Shown one piece after another: positions 1 to 33,907 of a DNA stretch of 64,000 bases. A model generated the notes under the pieces. That model was not told where the DNA came from. It worked only from the letters and a program-made list of their open reading frames with translations, and made no database searches. The stretch spans positions 15,688,001-15,752,000 of the forward strand of contig NC_086118.1 in NCBI RefSeq assembly GCF_963921235.1. The letters run 5' to 3'. How positions within the stretch are numbered: position 1 is the first letter of the stretch; each line of letters begins with the position of its first letter. Source of the stretch: Mobula hypostoma (lineage: Eukaryota). Both the position numbers and the translations under genes were made by a program.

Positions 1-539
1 AAGGAATAATGTTATATTGGGCTACACTGAGTCTTACATTTTATGAGAGCATTAAATTACACCCTGCACATTTATCTTGGGGACTGTATTACCTTTGCAA
101 TCAAGTTTTATCCAATAATCTTATATTGAAGTTATTTACATTTAGCAGTGTATCAAGTTAATTCTGAAACACTTCCACACAATTAGTCTCATAATCGGAT
201 TTTATGGGTTTAGGCTTGATACCCATAAAGTAGGATGAAATCAATATTATAATCATGGAACCCAACCCATTTTAATGCCTACTCAAGTAACACCATTCCA
301 GTAAAAGCAGAAATGGATTTAAGCAGTAGAGTGTGCTTCTCCAAATTGGTAAAGTTGCCAAAGAAACTGAAAATTGATTGCTCCATAATTGGGGTTGATC
401 AAGCTGAAGACCACTGAAAGGAATAAAGCATCAGCACTCAGATCTTTCCGCAGTTTACGAAACTTGATTGGAGAGGAATTCAGAAGAATTCAGACCAAAA
501 TACTGTAGAGGTTGTACATCTTATCTCTTCAACAGTTAG

Positions 540-1675
540 ATCGGGGCACAACTGCGCAAGCGCGTGGACGTCAGCCAGTGAGGACAGCGAGCAGAGTTTA
601 AAAGGACACAGCCTTATAGAGTGGGCGTTAAGAGAGGAGCAGGCAGTGGAGTAGAGGGAGACAAAGTAGGAAGACTTTGGCTCAATGGGGCTTAGGCGTA
701 AATGGGTCGAGGTGAGGTAGGTTGTCTGAGTAGAATACAGACAGGAACTATGTGTGTGAGGCTGGTTTTCTGTGCTTGGTGTCAGATGTGGGAGGTCCGG
801 GAGACTCTCAGCCTCCCGGACGGCCACACCTGTGCCAGGTGTGTCGAGCTGCAGCTCCTTAGGGACCGTGTTAGGGAACTGGAGATGCAGCTCGATGACC
901 TTTGTCTAGTCAGGGAGAGTGAGGAGGTGATAGAGAGCAGCTATAGGCAGGTAGTCACACCAGGTCCTGGGGAGACAGTTAAATGAGTAACAGTCAGGAG
1001 AGGGAAGGGCAGGAGTCAGAGGCTAGAGAGCACCCCTGTGGCTGTACCCCTTGACAATAAGTACTCCTGTTTGACTACTGTTGGGCAGGATGGCCTACCT
1101 GGAGGAAACAACAGTGGTCGCGCCTCTGGCACAGAGTTCAGTCCTGTGGCTCAGAAGGGTAGGGAAAGGAAGAGGATGGCAGCAGTGATAGGGAACTCTA
1201 TAGTTAGGGGGTCAGACAGGTGATTCTGTGGACCCAGGAAAGAAGCACGAATGATAGTTTGCCTCCCAGGTGCCTGGGTCTGGGATGTTTCTGATCATGT
1301 CCAAGATATCCTGAAGTGGGAAGGAGAACAGCCAGAGGTCGTGGTCATATTGGTACCAACGACATAGGCAGGAAAAGGGAGGAGGTCCTGAAAGCAGACT
1401 ACAGGGAGTTACGAAGGCAGTTGAGAAGTAGGACCACAAAGGCAGTCATCTCGGGATTACTGCCAGTGCCATGCAACAGTGAGTATAGGAATAGAGTGAG
1501 GTGGAGGATAAATGTGTGGCTGAGGGACTGGAGCAGGGGGCAGGGATTCAGATTTCTAGATCATTGGGACCTCCTTTGGGGTAGGAGTTACCTGTACAAA
1601 AAGAACAGATTGCACCTAAATATCAGGGGGACAATTATCTTGGCGGGGAGGTTTGCTAAGGCTATTGGGGAGATG
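540..1675 (+). mobile_element. CR1 LINE 5' fragment (ORF1: zinc finger + SGNH esterase), decayed
   Basis: CAWCQMWE...CARC-ELQLLRDRVRELE, VIGNSIVRG, HIGTND, RLHLN, broken by stops and frameshifts. Confidence 0.85.
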
Positions 1676-1729
1676 CTTCCTTACCTGTCAATGTCCACAA
1701 TGTCCTGGGTTCCACAAAACCAACAGGTA

Positions 1730-4700
1730 TAAGACCGAAAGACCATAAGACATAGGAGCAGAATTAGGCCATTCAGTCCATCGAGTCTGTTCCACCATTC
1801 CATCATGGTTGATCCCGGATCCCATTCAACTTGCTCGCCATATCCTTTGAAGTCCTGACTGACCAGGAAACGATCTACTTCTGCCTTTAGTAAACACACG
1901 GAATTGGCCTCCACAGATTTACTACTCTCTGGCTAAAAAAATTCCTTCTTACCTCTATACTAAATGGTCACCCCTCAATTTTGAGACTATGCTCTCCAGT
2001 TCTGCATACTCCCACCATAGTAAATATCCTCTCCACATCCACCCTATCTAGTCCTTTCAACATTCGGTAAGATTCAATGAGGTCTCCACAAGTTCTTCTA
2101 AATTCCAGTGAGTACAGGCCCAAAGCTGCCAAACGCTCCTCATATGTTAACTCCTTCATTCCCGCAATTATCCTCATGAACCTCCTCTGAACTCTCCCCA
2201 ATAACAACATATCCTTTCTGAGATATGGGACCCAAAACTGTTGATAATACTCTGTGCGGCCTGACTAGTGTCTTATACAGGCTCAGCATTATCACTTTGA
2301 TTTTATATTCTATTCCCCTTGAAATAAATGCCATCATTGTGCTTGGCTTCTTTACCACAGACTCAACCTGTAAATTAACCTTCTGGGAGTCTTGCACACA
2401 AGGATTCCTAAGTCCCTCTGCACCTGTAATGTTTGAAACTTCTCCCCATTTAGATAATGGTCCGCACTATTGTTCCTTTTAACAAAATGCATTATCCTAC
2501 ATTTCTCAAGACTGTATTCCACCTGCCACTTTTTTGACTAGTCTTCCAATTTGTCTAAGTCCTGCTGCAATTGCATTGCTTCCTCAGTACTCCCTCCCCC
2601 TCCCCCTACCTTTGTATCATCTGCAAACTTTATCACAAAGCCGTCAATTCCATTATCGAAATCACTGATAAACAATGTGAAAAGGAGCAGTCCCAATACT
2701 GATCCCTGAGGAATATCACTAGTCACCAGCAGCCAACCAGAAAAGGCTCCTTTTATTCCCACTCGCTGCCTCCTGTCTGTCAGCCATTACACTATCCATG
2801 CCAGTATCTTTCCTATAACACCACAGGATTTTATTTTGTTAAGCAGCCTCACGTGTGCCATCTTGTCAAATGCCTTCTGAAAATCCAAGTAAATGATATC
2901 CACTGCCTCTCCTTTGTCCACTCTGCTTGTTACTTCCTCGAAGAACTCTGAAAGATTTGTCAGTCAAGATTTCCCTTCACAGAAACCATGCTGACTTTGA
3001 CTTATTTTATCATTAGTCTCCAAGTACCTCAAAACTTCATCCTTAATAATACACTCCAACACTTTCCCAACCACTGAGGTCAGACTAACTGGCCTATAAT
3101 TTCCTTTCTTATGCCTTTCTCCCTTCTTAAAGAGTGGAGTGACATTTGCATTCTTACAGTCTTCCGGGACCATGCCAGAAACAAGTGATTCTTGAAAGAT
3201 CATGACTAGTGTATCCGCTATCTCTTCAGTAGCCTGTCTCAGGACTCTGGAGTGTAGTCCATCTGATCCAGGTGACTTATCCACCTTAAGACCTTTGAAT
3301 TTGCCGAGCACTTTTTCCTTTGCAATGGCACTCACTCCTGCTCCCTGATCCTCACAGACCTCTGGCACACTGCTAGTGTCTTCCACAATTAAGTCAGATG
3401 CAAAGTACCCATAAGTTCATCTGCTATTTGTTTGACGTCATTACTACCTCACCAGCATCATTTTCCAGTGGTGCAATATCAACTCTCACCTGCCTTTTAC
3501 TCTTTATATAACTGAAAAAAATTGGTATCCTGTTTTATATAATTGGCTTGTCTGCCCTCATATTTCATCTTGTCCCTCCTTTAGCTTTTTTAGTTGCCTT
3601 TTATTGGATTTTAAAAGCTTCCCAATCATCTAACTTCCCACTCTCTTGTGATACCTAATGTACCCTTTCCTTGGCTTTTACGCAGTCCTTAACTTCCCTT
3701 GTCAGCCACGGTTGCCTACCCCAGCCATTAGAGAACTTCTCCTGTGGGACATATCTATCCTGCTCCTTGTGTACTATTTTCAGAAACTTCAGTCATATCT
3801 ACTCTGCCGTCATCCCCACCAGTATCCTCCTCCAATCCACCTGAGTAAGCTCCTTTCTCATGTCTCTGTAATTCTCTTTATTTCATTGTGATACTGATAC
3901 ATGTGAGTTATGCTTCTCCCTCTCAAATTGCAGTATGAATTCAATCATATCATGATCACTGCCTCCTAAGGGTTCCTTTACATTAAGCTCCTTAATAAGA
4001 TCTGGCTTATTACACAACACCCAATCTAAGATAGCCTTTCCCTGAGTTGGCTCAAGTGCAGCTGCTCTAAAAAGCTATCTCGTAGGCATTCAACAAGTTC
4101 CCTCTCTTGCGATCAGACACCAACCTATTTTCCCAATCCCCTTACATATTGAAGTCCCGTAACTTTTCCATCTCCCTTTGCAATCTTAACCCCGCACCTT
4201 GGCTCCTATTTGGAGGCTTATATGTAATTCCCGTAATGTTTTTTTCACCCTTACAATTTCTTAACTCCATCCACAAAGATTCAAAATTCTCCGACCCACT
4301 GTCACCTCTTTGTATGTCATCTCTTAGCAACAGAGCCACATTACCACCTATGACTTCCTGCCTGTCATTTTGATACAAAGCAGCTCCCAACTATGGCCTC
4401 CTTTCAACCACGACTCAGTGATGCCCACAATATCATACCGACCAATCCCTGATTGCACTACGTTTGTCCACCTTATTCTGACATACACTCATTTAAATAC
4501 AGCACCTTCAGTCCTGTATTCTTCACCCTTTTGAATTTTGCCCCTGTGGTACAAATTAACTCTTTGCTCTATCTGCATTTGTACCCAATCATTGCCTTGT
4601 CCTTCCTTGCCTTCATGTTACACCCCTCATCTACTTGTAAACCTCCTGGCTCATCTTCAGCTCTGTCATTCTGGTTCCCATCCCCCTGCCATATTAGTTT

Positions 4701-5580
4701 AAACCATTCTCAACATCTCTAGTAAATCTGCCCGCAAGAATGTTGGTCCCCTCAGATTCAAGTGAAACCAGTCCCTTTCGTACAGGTCCTACCTGCCCCA
4801 GAAGAGGTCCCAGTTTTCCAGAAATCTGAATCCCTGCCCCCTGCTTTAATTCTTCAGCCACACATTTATTTGCCACCTCTTTCTATTCCTAAACTCACTG
4901 TTGCGTGGCACAGGCAGCAAACCCGAGGTTATTACCCTTGAGATCCTGCTTCTCAGTTTCCTTCTTAATTATCTATACTCTTTTTTCAGGACCTCTTCCC
5001 TTTTTCAACCTATGTCAATGGTACCAATACATATCAGAACTTCTGGCTGCTCACCCTCCCTTTTCAGGATACTGTGGATGCATCCAGAAACATCTCAGAC
5101 CCTGGCATCTGGGAGGCAAACTGCCACCTATGTTTTCTTTCTGCATTCATAGAATCGTCTGTCCGTCCCCCTGACTACAGAATCCCCTTTAACTGCTGCC
5201 ATCCTCTTCAGTTCCTTACCCCTCTGAGTCTCAGGGCCAGACTCAGTGCCAGAGGCACGGTCGCTGCTGCTTCCCCCAGGTATACCCTCCCCCAACAGTA
5301 CTCAAAATGGAGTACTTATTGCTGAGGGGGATGGCCATAGGGGTGCTCTCTACTATCTGACATTGCCCCTTCCCTCTCCTGATAGTCAGCCTTTAATTTG
5401 TCTCCTGTAGCCTTGGGGTGACTATCTCCCTGTAGCTCCAGTCTATCACTGCCTCACTTTCCCTAACAAGCCAGAGGTCATCGAGTTGAAGCTCTAGTTC
5501 CCTAACACGGTCTCTAAGGAACTGCATTTTGATGCACCTGGTGCAGAGATGCATCAAAGTCTCTTGGACGTAGAGACTTC
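1730..5580 (-). mobile_element. Near full-length decayed CR1 LINE (ORF1 esterase, APE remnant, RT)
   Basis: NYRPVSLTSVVGK, PQGSVLG, KFADDTK, YKTLVRPH; short tandem tail at ~1730-1752; ORF1 at ~4690-5540. Confidence 0.9.
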
Positions 5581-7439
5581 TAGGGTGAAAAGTAAGGATT
5601 AGGGAAATTCTACCGTATATCTGCTCTGTCTGAAGATGGGGTGAGAGTAGAAGCATGGGAAAGTGAGGAGATATGAGAATGGGTATTCTCATGTGTCACA
5701 GTTTTGACCAAAACACTGACCATCCCTTTGCCTCCAAAGATGCTGCTTGACCTGCTGAGTTCTTACAGCAGTTTATTTTTGCTTCAGAGTAGAGCCAAGA
5801 CATTTTTACATACATTAAAAACAAGGTGATGAGGGAGAGCACAATGCTGCTCAAGGATAAAATAATTTATTGCCTATCTCTTATTGTCTTTGAACTGCTG
5901 TAATTCTGCTGGTGAAACTACACCAACATGTTGATAGGCAGGGAATTGCAGAATTTAGACAGTGAAGGAATAGTCTGCTTTATCATGGATTGTTTTGAGC
6001 TTTGATAAGTGTTGTGAAAATTACACTTGGCCAGGCAAGTTGAAGCATTTCTATTTACTATGGACTTGTGCCTGCGAAAGCTAGAAAGGCTTTGGAATTT
6101 CAGGATATGAACCACTTGCCATAAGATACCCAGCCTCTGATCTCCAGCCCTATAGCTGGAGGAAGCAGTTCATCAGCATTTGTTTCTTACCAATCTTTCT
6201 CACAATATGCGGTGTCTCAACAAGAACATTTGTCAATCTTCTAAACTTTAATCATTTACTCTCTTCATGACACAACCCTTTCATCTAGGAATCAGTGGAA
6301 TAGATCAACACTGTACTGACTTCAAAGCAAGTGTATTCGTTTTAATGGATGGAGATCAAAACTGAACACAACACTCCAAATGATTTCCGAAGGTCTTTTG
6401 TAATCCCAGCAAAATGTCTTTGTTTTCAGTATATAAATTCTTGGTGATATAAGGCAATATACCTTTGACCTACTTCAACCATATAATTACTTGCTCTAAT
6501 TCTAGTAAGTGCACACTGATATTCCTCTGTATTCCAAAATTCACCATATACCATTGGAAAAGCATTTGGTATTTTCTTCTTCCTAATAAAGATGCTATTA
6601 TACACCAACTTTTTACCCATTTGCTACACCCTGTGGAGATTCTCTATTATCATTAGTAAATATAGATACCCACGCTCTGCCAAATTATATGGAGCTCAGG
6701 ATTTATCCCTGTGGACCCACTCATAAGTATTAGCCTAAAAATATATAATTTATTCATATTCTCTGTTTTCTGTCCTTCAACCAACTGCCTGGGTTTAATC
6801 GAATTACCAGATCTGCCTATTTGTCCTCTCTCCTTTTGTGGTCTGTCTGCTCTTTCTAAATATTAAGTACCCTGGTACAATTTTATCTGTTGAATGCTCT
6901 CTTTTAAAAACAGATTAATTTGAACAAAGCTCAAATTAAAATTTTAACTTCTTACTACCTAAAATTTACATGAGCCATGACTAATACTAAAGACAAATAG
7001 CAGTGTATTCATTTTTTTTACCTAATTCTTATATTGATAAAATTGCCACATTAAAACTCCAAGTTGCATTTCATTGATATCCATTCTGAATGACCACTTA
7101 CATCATTCATTGTAGCTTCAGGCAGAACCTCCAGATGATTCAACTGCTTGCAGCCAATTAAGTAGTTTTTTAGAGTTGTAATCACAGGTTTAATGAAGGG
7201 AGTACAGGAACTTTACATCATTCAGTGCATTTTGGGACAAATATAGTCTCTTCACTAGAACTCTCACTACTGAAAATAACATCTACTTTTGCCTTATTAT
7301 CAGGAACCCATCTGTTTCATGATGTATGCGTCCTGATAAACTTGACCATATTCATTTATAAGGTATCTGTTTGTCTTGGGGCTGGACTCCTTGGCAAATA
7401 AGATGTTTATATTAGTTTTAATTCCAATTAACATTTTAA

Positions 7440-8850
7440 GTCTGATCCCCATTCCCATTCTGAAGTGGTGGTCTACGGCCTCTTCTTATGCCAAGATGAG
7501 GCCTCCCTCAGGGTGGAAGAGTAACGCCTTATATTCTGTCTGGGTAGACTCCAATCTGATGCCATGAATATCGATTCCTCCTGCTGAGAAACAAATTTTC
7601 CTCATCTCACTTCCTCTGCTCCCCACTCTGACCTTTTACCTCCTCTCATCTCGTCTTGGTGACCCTCCCTCTTCCCTTTCTCCTACAGCACTCTTCTCTG
7701 ATCAGCTTCCTTCTTCTCCAGCCCTTGTTCTTTTGCACCCTCCTGGCTTCACCTATCAACTTCCAGCTAGATGTAAAGATATGATTGGTAGTAGGGTCCT
7801 GTAGAAAATGGTGGAAGTTGTGCAGAATGCTATTTTGGACGCAGAGACTCATGGGCTGGTATGTGAGGACAAGTGTAACTCTGTTGCCAATCAGATGGCG
7901 AGTTGATGGGGTGAGCATGGATTTCTAGGGAATGCACGAGATGCGAGTGAGCGCAGCATCAATGATGGAGGAAGGGAAAACCCATTCTTTGAAGAAAGAG
8001 AATATCTCGTGTCATTTTTACAAGTGGCAAGATGGGAAGAGGTATAGTCAAGACAGCTGTGGAAATCAGTAGGTTTATAAAATACATCCGTCAACATTTT
8101 GTCCCCAGAGATGGAGACAGTGAGAATGAGAAAGGGAAGAGAGGTGTCAAAAGATAGACCAAATAAACTTAAGGGCAGGGTAGAAGTTGGAGGCAAAGTT
8201 GATAAAGTTGATGAGCTCAGCATGGGTGCATGTACAGCACTAATGTAGATTTCAGTGTAGCACAGAAGAGTTGTGGAGCATTACTAAGGGAGGTTTGGAA
8301 CATGGACTGTTCCATGGTGCCAAAATAAAGGCTAGCATAGCTGGAGCCCATGGCTACACCATGAGTTTGGAGAGCGGGGGAGGAACCAAAAGATAAAATG
8401 TTGAGGGTTCTGTGGGACAGACAGAGGAGGGTGGTAATCCAGGGGAACTGGCTGTGTTTGTTGTTAAGAAAGAAGCAGAAAGCTTTAAGGCCTTCTCCAT
8501 GGGAGATAAGTGTTAATAGAGACTGAGCAACCCTGGTGAAAATGCGGATATCAGGGCCATGGAAATGAAAGCTGTTGATGAGACTGGGGGCATGAGAAGT
8601 GTTGCAGACGTAGGTGGGGAGGAACTAAACCAAAAGGGATAAAATAGAGTCAAGATATGCGGACATGAGTTCAGTGGGTAGGAGCAAGACGAAACAATGA
8701 GCCTATCCAGACAGTCAGGTTTGTGGATTTTCAGTAGGAGATAGAAATGAGCAGTGTGAAGTAAGAGAACTTTGAGGTTGGTGGCAGTGGATGGGAGATC
8801 TCTAGAGTTGATGAGGTTGGTGATGGCATGGGAGACAATGGCCCTGAGTG
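7440..8850. mobile_element. Penelope-like element remnants (3'/pLTR part on +, RT part on -)
   Basis: Minus-strand FYKPTDFHSCLDYTSSH and FYLLLKIHKPDC (PLE RT); 7440-7770 resembles the + strand PLE at 54600-54910. Confidence 0.75.
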
Positions 8851-10098
8851 GAGTGTAATCTTTTCCTGCTCTCATACCATCACTTATTGGCTGATCAACC
8901 CGAGCCATAAAATTCTCAATCTATTTCAAACAGCTGACAGGAGGATGTCACTTTCACAAAGCATGTCAGACAGAACTGTTAAGATTCTTCTGTAAATACA
9001 TAATTTCCCCACCATTCCTTGCTACACTATTTATATACCCCAACATTATTATGACCACAAAATTTGAGTAATATTTTTGATGTAAATTATTATCTTTGTA
9101 TAAACAATGGACGTGAGCTAACCTCATAACATAAAGAGGAACAGGAATTGACCAAATGACCACTCAAGTCTATTTTGCTTTTCACTATGGTAAGACTGAT
9201 CTTTTACATGAATCACCTTGTTTGGCACTGTCCCCAAATCCTTCTATTCTCTTCATGTTCAGTACACAATAACCAAGTCTTCACAATGCTCTAGGATAGA
9301 TAGAAAATTCCAAATGTCCACCACTGGCTGAGTGAAGCAATGCCTCTTCTTCACAGCTCTTACTGTCCTATCCTTTATTCTGAAACTGCCCTCTGGTCCT
9401 AGACCCCAGTTAGAGAAACATTTTCCCTTCTCTGAGCACATCAAGCCCTTTAAAAATTTAGTATGATTCAAGGAGATCTTCCATTGTTCTTCAAAACTCT
9501 AAGCAGTCTATCCTAGTCTTCACAGACTATCTTTTCTTAAGGAGCAAACCTGCCATCCCGGATACAGACCAATTGATTTTTTGCTGCATTCCCTCTGTGT
9601 AAATAGTACCTTTCTTCAAAGGTTCAAATGTCAAATTTGATGTCAGAGAAATGTATACAATATACATCCTGAAATGCTTTCTCTTCGCAAACATCCACAA
9701 AAACAGATAAGTGCCCCAAAGAATGAATGACAGTTAAACATAAGAACCCCAAAGTCACCCCCCCCAGCACTCCCTCCCACGTGTAAGTGGCAGCGAGCAG
9801 GTAAGAAGATTTATACTGTACACAGTACTTCAGGTGCAATCTCACAAGAGCCCCATACAATTACTTGTGGGATATGTAACAACTTCTACAATTTATTTTA
9901 TATGGATATATAAAAGCTTTCATGTATGTGTATGTGTGTGTATATATATATAAAATAATATAATGTACATACAAGTTGCCCTCAACACAATTTCAATGTT
10001 GATATTGGGCTGTCAGAGGAATTAATACACAGTAAGGTATTTTTATTGAGATAATTTCTAAATTGTAAATGCAGCTTGTGCTTGTGAAAAAAAAACAC

Positions 10099-10382
10099 CA
10101 CCTGTTGGACACAAGCCTATTTTAAAGTTTCAGTGGAACAAAGTTGCTAAAAATTAGTCTTGTTACTTGGCAGCTTTACATTTTCAACTTATATGGCTGT
10201 GCTTGTGTCAAAGGGATTATTGCTAATGAATTCCACAGCAAAATGCATATGTTGCTTCTCTAATTATATCCTGATATTAGAATACCAGTTAATGCAACAA
10301 GAAAATCTGCTCATCAGGCTTCTGTATGCTAAATAAAGTACTGGATCTGCTGTGCTCACAGAATTAAATGCATATATATAAG
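10099..10382 (+). promoter_or_regulatory. Probable MYH proximal promoter
   Basis: TATATATAAG at 10373-10382; E-box CACCTG 10099; MEF2-like GCTAAAAATTAG 10146; CArG-like ACTTATATGG 10187; MEF3/Six-like TCAGGCTTC 10314. Confidence 0.7.
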
Positions 10383-10402
10383 TTGTGCCCAGAACAGAGA
10401 AG

Positions 10403-10425
10403 GCTGCTGGTGTCCAACCATTAGG
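10403..10425 (+). other. Probable first non-coding exon of MYH (start approximate)
   Basis: Lies ~30 nt downstream of the TATA box and ends at a strong donor G|GTAAGT (10426). Confidence 0.55.
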
Positions 10426-10861
10426 GTAAGTTTCTCACCTACTCTATCTTAAATAGGGGACTACTAAAAATTCAGTGGTGAAATTAAAGTGAGAACCTCA
10501 TCATATTTTCTAAGATATTAAATAATGTAAGGGGAGAAATTAATCAAGAAAATTCTATCAAAATATGTAAAAGCTAAGGTTTTTTTTCTCTTTGGTACAT
10601 TTCTATCAGATCCCAAAATGTGTAAAATTAATTTATCCATTGTCTTCTTTTGATAGAATTGCGTGGAAACTTTCTTTCTCTCAGCTGGAACTGAAAAAGG
10701 TAGTGCATAATAGAAGAATGAAATGTTTGGATGAAAATATATCATTATTGAAACTGAGATTGATTTTGAAGAGTTGATTACAGTTCGGAGGTAGTGAATA
10801 GATTTCAGTTACATGTATATCTCACTTTAATGAATTGGTACGAGTTGTTATTTAACACCAG

Positions 10862-10890
10862 ATTACAAGCAGTTGGTTCGGCATCCACTG
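10862..10890 (+). other. Candidate second non-coding exon
   Basis: acaccAG acceptor and G|GTGCAG donor; vertebrate MYH genes usually have two 5' UTR exons, but the splice signals here are weak. Confidence 0.25.
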
Positions 10891-11604
10891 GTGCAGTATG
10901 ATTTATCAAGTATCATGAATAACATTAATATTGCACATTTACTTTACAAAGGTGGCGGGAAGATCATCATTTCCTACAATTTCAAAACAAACCAATCAAA
11001 AATATTTAGTACAAAGGAAGCATATCCGGGACATTTATTTTTAATGATATGTTAAAATTACAATGCAATTCTATAAACAGAATACAATTAGAAGATATTT
11101 TTAAAATCTTGATTAAGTAGTGCACAGTTGCCATGGCCTTGAAAAGTTAAACCCTGCACTGGGCTTCTTGAAGACACAACGACCAGGCTGCAGAAACAAT
11201 TCTGAACTTTAATCATATTGTATAAAAACACAAAACTGAGACTCCGATGAGAAACAATCACGCTGAAAATACGTGGCTCATCGTAGATAATCTTATTACA
11301 GAGATAGTAGCAATTTGAAAGTTACTCTAAGTAGAAATATTGTGCGAAGTTTAGCATATCGTGTTTAAATTTAGTAACTGGATGAGATATGGGGTAAGAG
11401 CAACGAACCAGGTATAACGATAACGAAGAAATTATAGTATGTAACCGACTTTCCAATATGGAATAAATAATTCTGTGAAGCTCGATTTAGTCTTGCTCTC
11501 TGACAAATAAACATACCTGTTAAAAAGAAATTAAAGAAATTTGTTGATGTCCTGTGTGCTCATATTTACACTTTCCTTGTATATTCCAGCGATAGATCGA
11601 AGCC

Positions 11605-32798
<21,194 letters not shown>

Positions 32799-32886
32799 AT
32801 GACAACCTGAAATGGTCCAAAGAAGAAATCCACAAAATGTGTATTTCTCTGTAACATAGTTTTATAAATGTAGTAATATCAACAGA

Positions 32887-32892
32887 AATAAA
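32887..32892 (+). terminator. Polyadenylation signal of MYH
   Basis: AATAAA 88 nt after the stop codon; the 3' UTR also has CACAAAATGTG (32831), resembling a motif common in skeletal MYH 3' UTRs. Confidence 0.8.
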
Positions 32893-32944
32893 CGTGCAAC
32901 ACTTAAATGTATCTTTGTCAGCCTGTTCTTGTTAGATGATTCAA

Positions 32945-33375
32945 TTATCATGGTAGGAATAAAGCAAAACATGGAAAAACTCGAGACAATATGATGCAAG
33001 GACCAACATAATGTTATATTACTATTGGTGATAATATAACATTTCGGAGTAATTGAAATGATGCCTATGAAACACTCTTCAATCAAGAATCAGGCATAGC
33101 AGCAAATCAATCCACTAATTAAACTGTGTCAAGACTTGTATGACCAATGCCAAACCTTAAAAGCCGCTTGTTAGGTGATTTAATCACGATGGCACAATCC
33201 AAGCAAAACATGGAAAAAAAACTCCCAGAAACTAATGATATGAATGCAATACTGAGAAACAATTGTAATGATGTATAAAGTAATTTACAATCAAGAATTG
33301 GGCATATCTATATTGTATCATAAAATTTGGGGATGAAAATTAACCTGTTGATCACACTATGCCAAGACTTAACGA
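32945..33375. repeat. Diverged ~235-bp tandem duplication downstream of the poly(A) signal
   Basis: Shared blocks aagcaaaacatggaaaaa, aatcaagaat(c/t)(a/g)ggcata and caagactt occur twice in the same order. Confidence 0.65.
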
Positions 33376-33537
33376 GCTCCAAGGCTTTTTACCACATTCT
33401 CTCTGAGCTGTAGTACCAGTGTTGTCTCCATTGGCAGCTTAAACACATTTTTGAGAGGGGCCTGAAATTAATTTCCTGGAGCAGAATAACCGCAAATTCA
33501 GCAGGACTTTTTTTTCTTAAGGCTTCTTACAAAACAA

Positions 33538-33864
33538 TTTGAGCAGTGCCCAGTTGGAGAGATCGGAAGCCTGAGAAGACATACAGTAATGCACTCAGAT
33601 TCACTGAATGAATAGAAAACGCAGCAACTCGCAACCGTTTGGAGCTTTGAGCAGCGCGCAATCAGAGAGATTGGAAGTCTGAGAAGATATAGTTCACTCA
33701 GGTTCGCTGATTGAGTAGAAAAAGCACCAACTTGCAGCCATTTGGAGGCGACCAATTGGAGAAACTAAAAGCCTGAGAAGACGTAGTTCACTCAGGTTTG
33801 CCAATTGAATAGAAAAGGCCGCAACTCGCGGCAATCTGGAGTTTTAAGCAATGGCCAATCAGAG
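33538..33864 (+). repeat. Three ~95-110-bp tandem monomers, probably the CR1 5' UTR
   Basis: ctgagaaga...cactcag...gaatagaaaa...gcaactcgc recurs at 33571, 33679 and 33773. Confidence 0.75.
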
Positions 33865-33907
33865 TTCAGGATTGCTTGGCAAGAATAAATTAAAGTAAGG
33901 CAAAGGC

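Noticed and set aside
1..540. Coding exon at the window start
   Set aside because: The short open frames have no recognisable motif or convincing splice pair, so I left the region unassigned.
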